Of a stretch of 64,000 nucleotides of DNA, positions 59,960 to 64,000 are shown one piece after another (position 1 is the stretch's first letter; each line of letters starts with the position of its first letter). A program made the translations under genes and the position numbers. Where the stretch lies: assembly GCA_964016885.1 (NCBI GenBank), contig OZ024741.1:285758001-285822000 (forward strand), in the 5' to 3' direction. The notes below the pieces were generated by a model. It searched no databases, was not told where the DNA came from, and saw nothing but the letters and a program-made list of their open reading frames with translations. The stretch comes from Eledone cirrhosa. Its lineage: Eukaryota.

Positions 59960-60530
59960 AATAATTTCTAGTATAGGCACATGGCCAGTAATTTGGGGGG
60001 AGGGGAAAGTCGATTAAATCGAACCCAGTACGTTACTGGTGTTTTATTTTATCGACCCGGAAGGATGAAAGGCAAAGTTAACATCGGCGGGATTTGAACT
60101 CAGACCGTAAAGGGGCGTAACTCTATGCTACCAATCCACCTAATAATGGTTTCTTATATAGGCACAAGGCCAGTAATTTGGAGGGCGGGGAAAGTCGATT
60201 AAATCGACCACAGTGCGTGACTGGTACTTTATTTTATCGACCCCATAAGGCAAAGTTAACCTCGGCGGGATTTGAGCTCAGAATGACAAGGGCCGTAACT
60301 CTATGCGTCAAAGCATGGCGTCCGACCCTCTACCGATACTAATAATAATAATTCTTTCTACTTTTGGCACAAGGCCACCAATTATCCCAGTGCATTACTG
60401 GTACTTTATTTTATCGACCCCGTTAGGATGAAAACAAAGTTTTCCTCGGCGGGATTTGAACTCAGATCATAAAGGGACGTAACTCTATGCTTCAAAGCAT
60501 GGTGTCCGACTCTCTACCGATACTGCCAAA
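59960..60530 (-). mobile_element. Tandem cluster of 3 SINEs
   Basis: Same SINE core, separated by aataat. Confidence 0.85.
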
Positions 60531-60699
60531 ATAATGATTTCTAATTTTGTTGGCTAAGGGAACGTCGTTTAGACCAACCGCAGTACATTATTCTATCGTC
60601 CGATAGGGGGCAGGATTTGAAATAAAAGATGTAAGAAACAAATGCTGCTAAGAATTTGTCCACCACTTTAATGACTATGCCGATCCATTGCCTTCATGC

Positions 60700-60733
60700 C
60701 TACTACTACTACAACCAGCACCACTACAACAAT

Positions 60734-60771
<38 letters not shown>

Positions 60772-60793
60772 TTATTACCTCTACTAACACAAA

Positions 60794-60843
<50 letters not shown>

Positions 60844-60876
60844 TTAGTATTACCTCTACTAACACAAATACTACTG

Positions 60877-60930
<54 letters not shown>

Positions 60931-60955
60931 ATGCTACTACTACTACTACTACTAC
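60700..60955. repeat. (CTA)n microsatellite with an internal duplicated unit
   Basis: attacctctactaacacaaatacta occurs twice within (CTA)n. Confidence 0.9.
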
Positions 60956-62282
60956 AAATAATAATTGTTTCTACTTTTGGCACAAGGCCAGCAATACTAC
61001 CAATAATAATAATTACAATTTTTATTTGCTACAAAGCCTCTCGCACAGTATACAACATACATCATATAATTAGGAGTTACATTACACATATGCCTGGAGA
61101 AACGGAGTTATCTAAAACGAGGTTTACGTTCGCATGTTATATATTAGGCAAATTAATTTGATAAAACATGAAATAATTATGAAAGTGGTTTAAAACATAA
61201 TAATTAACACAACATATGATACAAAACATAAACATATTTTAGGAGTATCCACTCACTGCTCACATATCATACATACATTGTATACCTCCGGTGGATCAAC
61301 GATATTCCACATAAACATTTATTCGGTGTGTTCATCAAAAAAGTACCTACATACTTTAGTCAAAAGTACTTTACTTGTCTTTCATCATTGTAGCTTCGAA
61401 AAATAATTCTAGTATGCAGCTTTTCTCTCGCACGAACCGCGTTCTTCACTCGATATGATTTAATAAGAGTGGGGTGAGAGATAAAAGTATGTTAGAGAGA
61501 TAACTGGTTAGAAAACGTAGAAGATACTTTAATGAAAGACATCGTGATCGACATGCTTGTATTGAGCTTGGATCACGATAACAGCATTTAAGATAACACA
61601 TCTTATATGATACACCGCTCAAAACTAAATATAAATTTCTTGTATACTCCTGTCGATATGAAAGCGGAAAACACAAACCGAATAATAGAATATAAATATA
61701 AAACATCAGTATGAATTAAACATGAAAAGATATAGATTTAGAACGGTTTGACATAGAGCCTCAGTAATTTCCGATAACATATATTTCATCACTTGAGAGT
61801 AAACAACATTTCATTTTATGATTTTAAGATATTCACATACCGTAAACATACACATACAGTAAACATTAGGTATATATATATAGAACTGAACTTATGGATG
61901 GTGAGATAAATTGCCAAGTAAAAATACAAAAATGTTTTGGAGAAATCCTCTCTGGATTCCCAAGAGAGCCAAGATTCAACTCACCTTCTAAAAATTGCAA
62001 TACATAATCACCTTTATTTCCAAAATATTTTAATAGATCTATTATATATGGAACAGGTAATATATGCTTGTGATATATTTATGTGAAACGCAATGATGAA
62101 TCAGTATCCCATTGTATTTAAGATAAACAGAAAGCCCGTGCTTACTCTCATATGCAGTTTAACATATTTTGAAGATAAAATGTAATAATACACTCCATTC
62201 ATTGGAATTGAATTTCCATAAACTCGTTTGAACTTCTTTCACAGAATAATATTATTATTGTTATCATTATTATTAAAGGTAG

Positions 62283-62900
62283 CAGGGCGGTGGATGGCGG
62301 TATCGGTAGAGGGTCTGACGCCATGATTTGCAGCAAAGAGTTACGGCCCTTTATGGTCTGAGTTCAAATCCCGCCGAGGTTAACTTTGCCTTATATCCTC
62401 AAGGGGGTCTATCAAATAAAGTACCAGTAATGCACTGAGATAATTGCTGGCCCTGTGCCAAAAGTAGAAACAATTATTAGTCGTTAGAACGTTAAATATA
62501 ATACTTTGTGGTATTCGTTCCGGCTTTCCCCTCTCTGAGTCCAAATGCCGCCAAGGTTAACCTTGTCTTTCATCTCTTCGAGGTCTGTAAAATAAAGTAC
62601 CAGTAATACACTGATGTTCACTTAATTGAGTTTCCCTCCCCGAAAATGGGTTGCTTTGTGCCTAAATCAGAAACTATTACTATTAAAGTGGTGAATTAGG
62701 GTGGTAGCTTGGCACAATTGTTAGTGCATCGGACAAAATGCTTTGTCCGACTACTTCATTTCTCAATCGAAACCCTGCTGAGGTTAAATTTGTATTTCAT
62801 CATTCTAGCGTCTATAAAATAAAGTACCAATAAAATGCTGAGGTGAGTATAATTGTTCTTCCTCTCTTATCAAAATTGCTGGCCTTGATTAGAAATCATT
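62283..62900 (+). mobile_element. Tandem cluster of 3 SINEs, opposite orientation
   Basis: tggcggtatcggtagag...gagttcaaatcccgccgagg...gtaccag...gtgccaaaagtagaaacaattatta. Confidence 0.85.
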
Positions 62901-64000
62901 ATCAAAGCGCTGAATGGCGATGAATTGCTGGTGAATGCTAGTATTGGAGATCGATGGAGGTATGTTTTAATTTTAAATTGTGTGATTATGTGGTTGCATG
63001 TGTGCTTATATTAACTCTTTAGCAATTAAACCGGCCATATCCAGCCAGAATTCTCTCACCTCTTTCTGTTCAAACTGGAAGTTACCGGTCGCTTATATTT
63101 ATGTTAAGATATTGTTCTCAAAATAAATAATATCAAAATCTTATAGATTCGATATTAAGTGAGATAATTATGTGAGGTAAAGGCTTTACATTGGAAATAT
63201 AATAGTATATAGAGAGTAATGTTAGGGTTTGTATAGTATATAGAGAGTAATATAGTATATAGAGAGTAATAAAGGGTTAAAGGTAGAAGGGCTGGATTAT
63301 GATAAGCTACAATAGTGTTGGATACATTTGGGGGAAGGGAGAGGTAGACAATGACCAATAGCTCTAGGGTTTATACTCACTAATATCGAAATCTTTGATC
63401 ACATATTTCTGTGATGGTCGTCATGGCAGAGTACTCAAACGCTCCTTCCCGTGGGTGCTGCCAGAAGCAACCGCCTCCAATTTGGAGCAAGTTGCTAGAG
63501 AATAGTATATTCGCGTCGCAGATGGTGGATAGCAATATGGCCACCTGATATGATGGTTAGTTACGATATAAGCGGGCACCTACCGCAAAAATAAGCAGTG
63601 GTAAACTACTGGGGGAGATGGGTCCATCGTTGATACATTTTTAGCTTCAAGAAAACTCTCACAACCCAATTATGTAGCTACAGTGAGGCGAGTAAACGCC
63701 GCCTCTAAAACAGCCTAGTCTTCGTGTTCCTGAGAAAAGAACCATATTGGTGACTGACACGAATGCGACCTCCAAGTCACACCACAATATGGCTAGACAC
63801 AGTAGAAATCATTGTTACTATTGTTTATGAACCGTAGCCAATTTCATTGCCTCTGTTCTTTTCCAAAATCCATATCTCTGACTATGCTAAAAATTATAAT
63901 TAATTATTTTTGTTATTTTTATTTGCATCCCCACTAGTGTTGTATAGCGAAGATATTATATTCTTGTATTTATAACATGTTAGGATAATCGACCTATTGA

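Noticed and set aside
63385-63820. Possible second CRE-like LINE remnant on the minus strand
   Set aside because: Only faint similarity (CDANILFSSNL); too decayed to call.

Overview
AT-rich, microsatellite-saturated animal DNA with no recognisable host gene exons. The SINE and repeat content suggests an octopod cephalopod (inference). Almost all ORFs in the supplied track are (TA)n/(CA)n/(GA)n artefacts. Real coding remnants are all transposon-derived: two decayed Penelope-like elements (PLEs; RT + GIY-YIG; 3.1-6.0 kb and 48.5-51.3 kb), an internally deleted Chapaev3 DNA transposon with intact TIRs and TTA TSD (27352-29101), fragments of CRE-, R4/Dong- and RTE-type LINEs, non-autonomous Helitrons, and many tRNA-derived SINEs, often in tandem. 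The main hidden signal is more than 20 type I hammerhead-ribozyme (HHR) motifs, complete or partial, in about a dozen short non-coding families that show little or no visible sequence similarity to each other. Most sit in or beside (TA)n tracts and most are fold-back elements (inverted 3' end + HHR + 3' end), with the symmetry axis often at the HHR stem I/core boundary. Both PLEs carry the same type of HHR in their 3' ends, so these look like a diverse population of non-autonomous, PLE-mobilised, ribozyme-bearing palindromic retroelements. All structures were read by eye; folding, cleavage activity and family assignments are untested.
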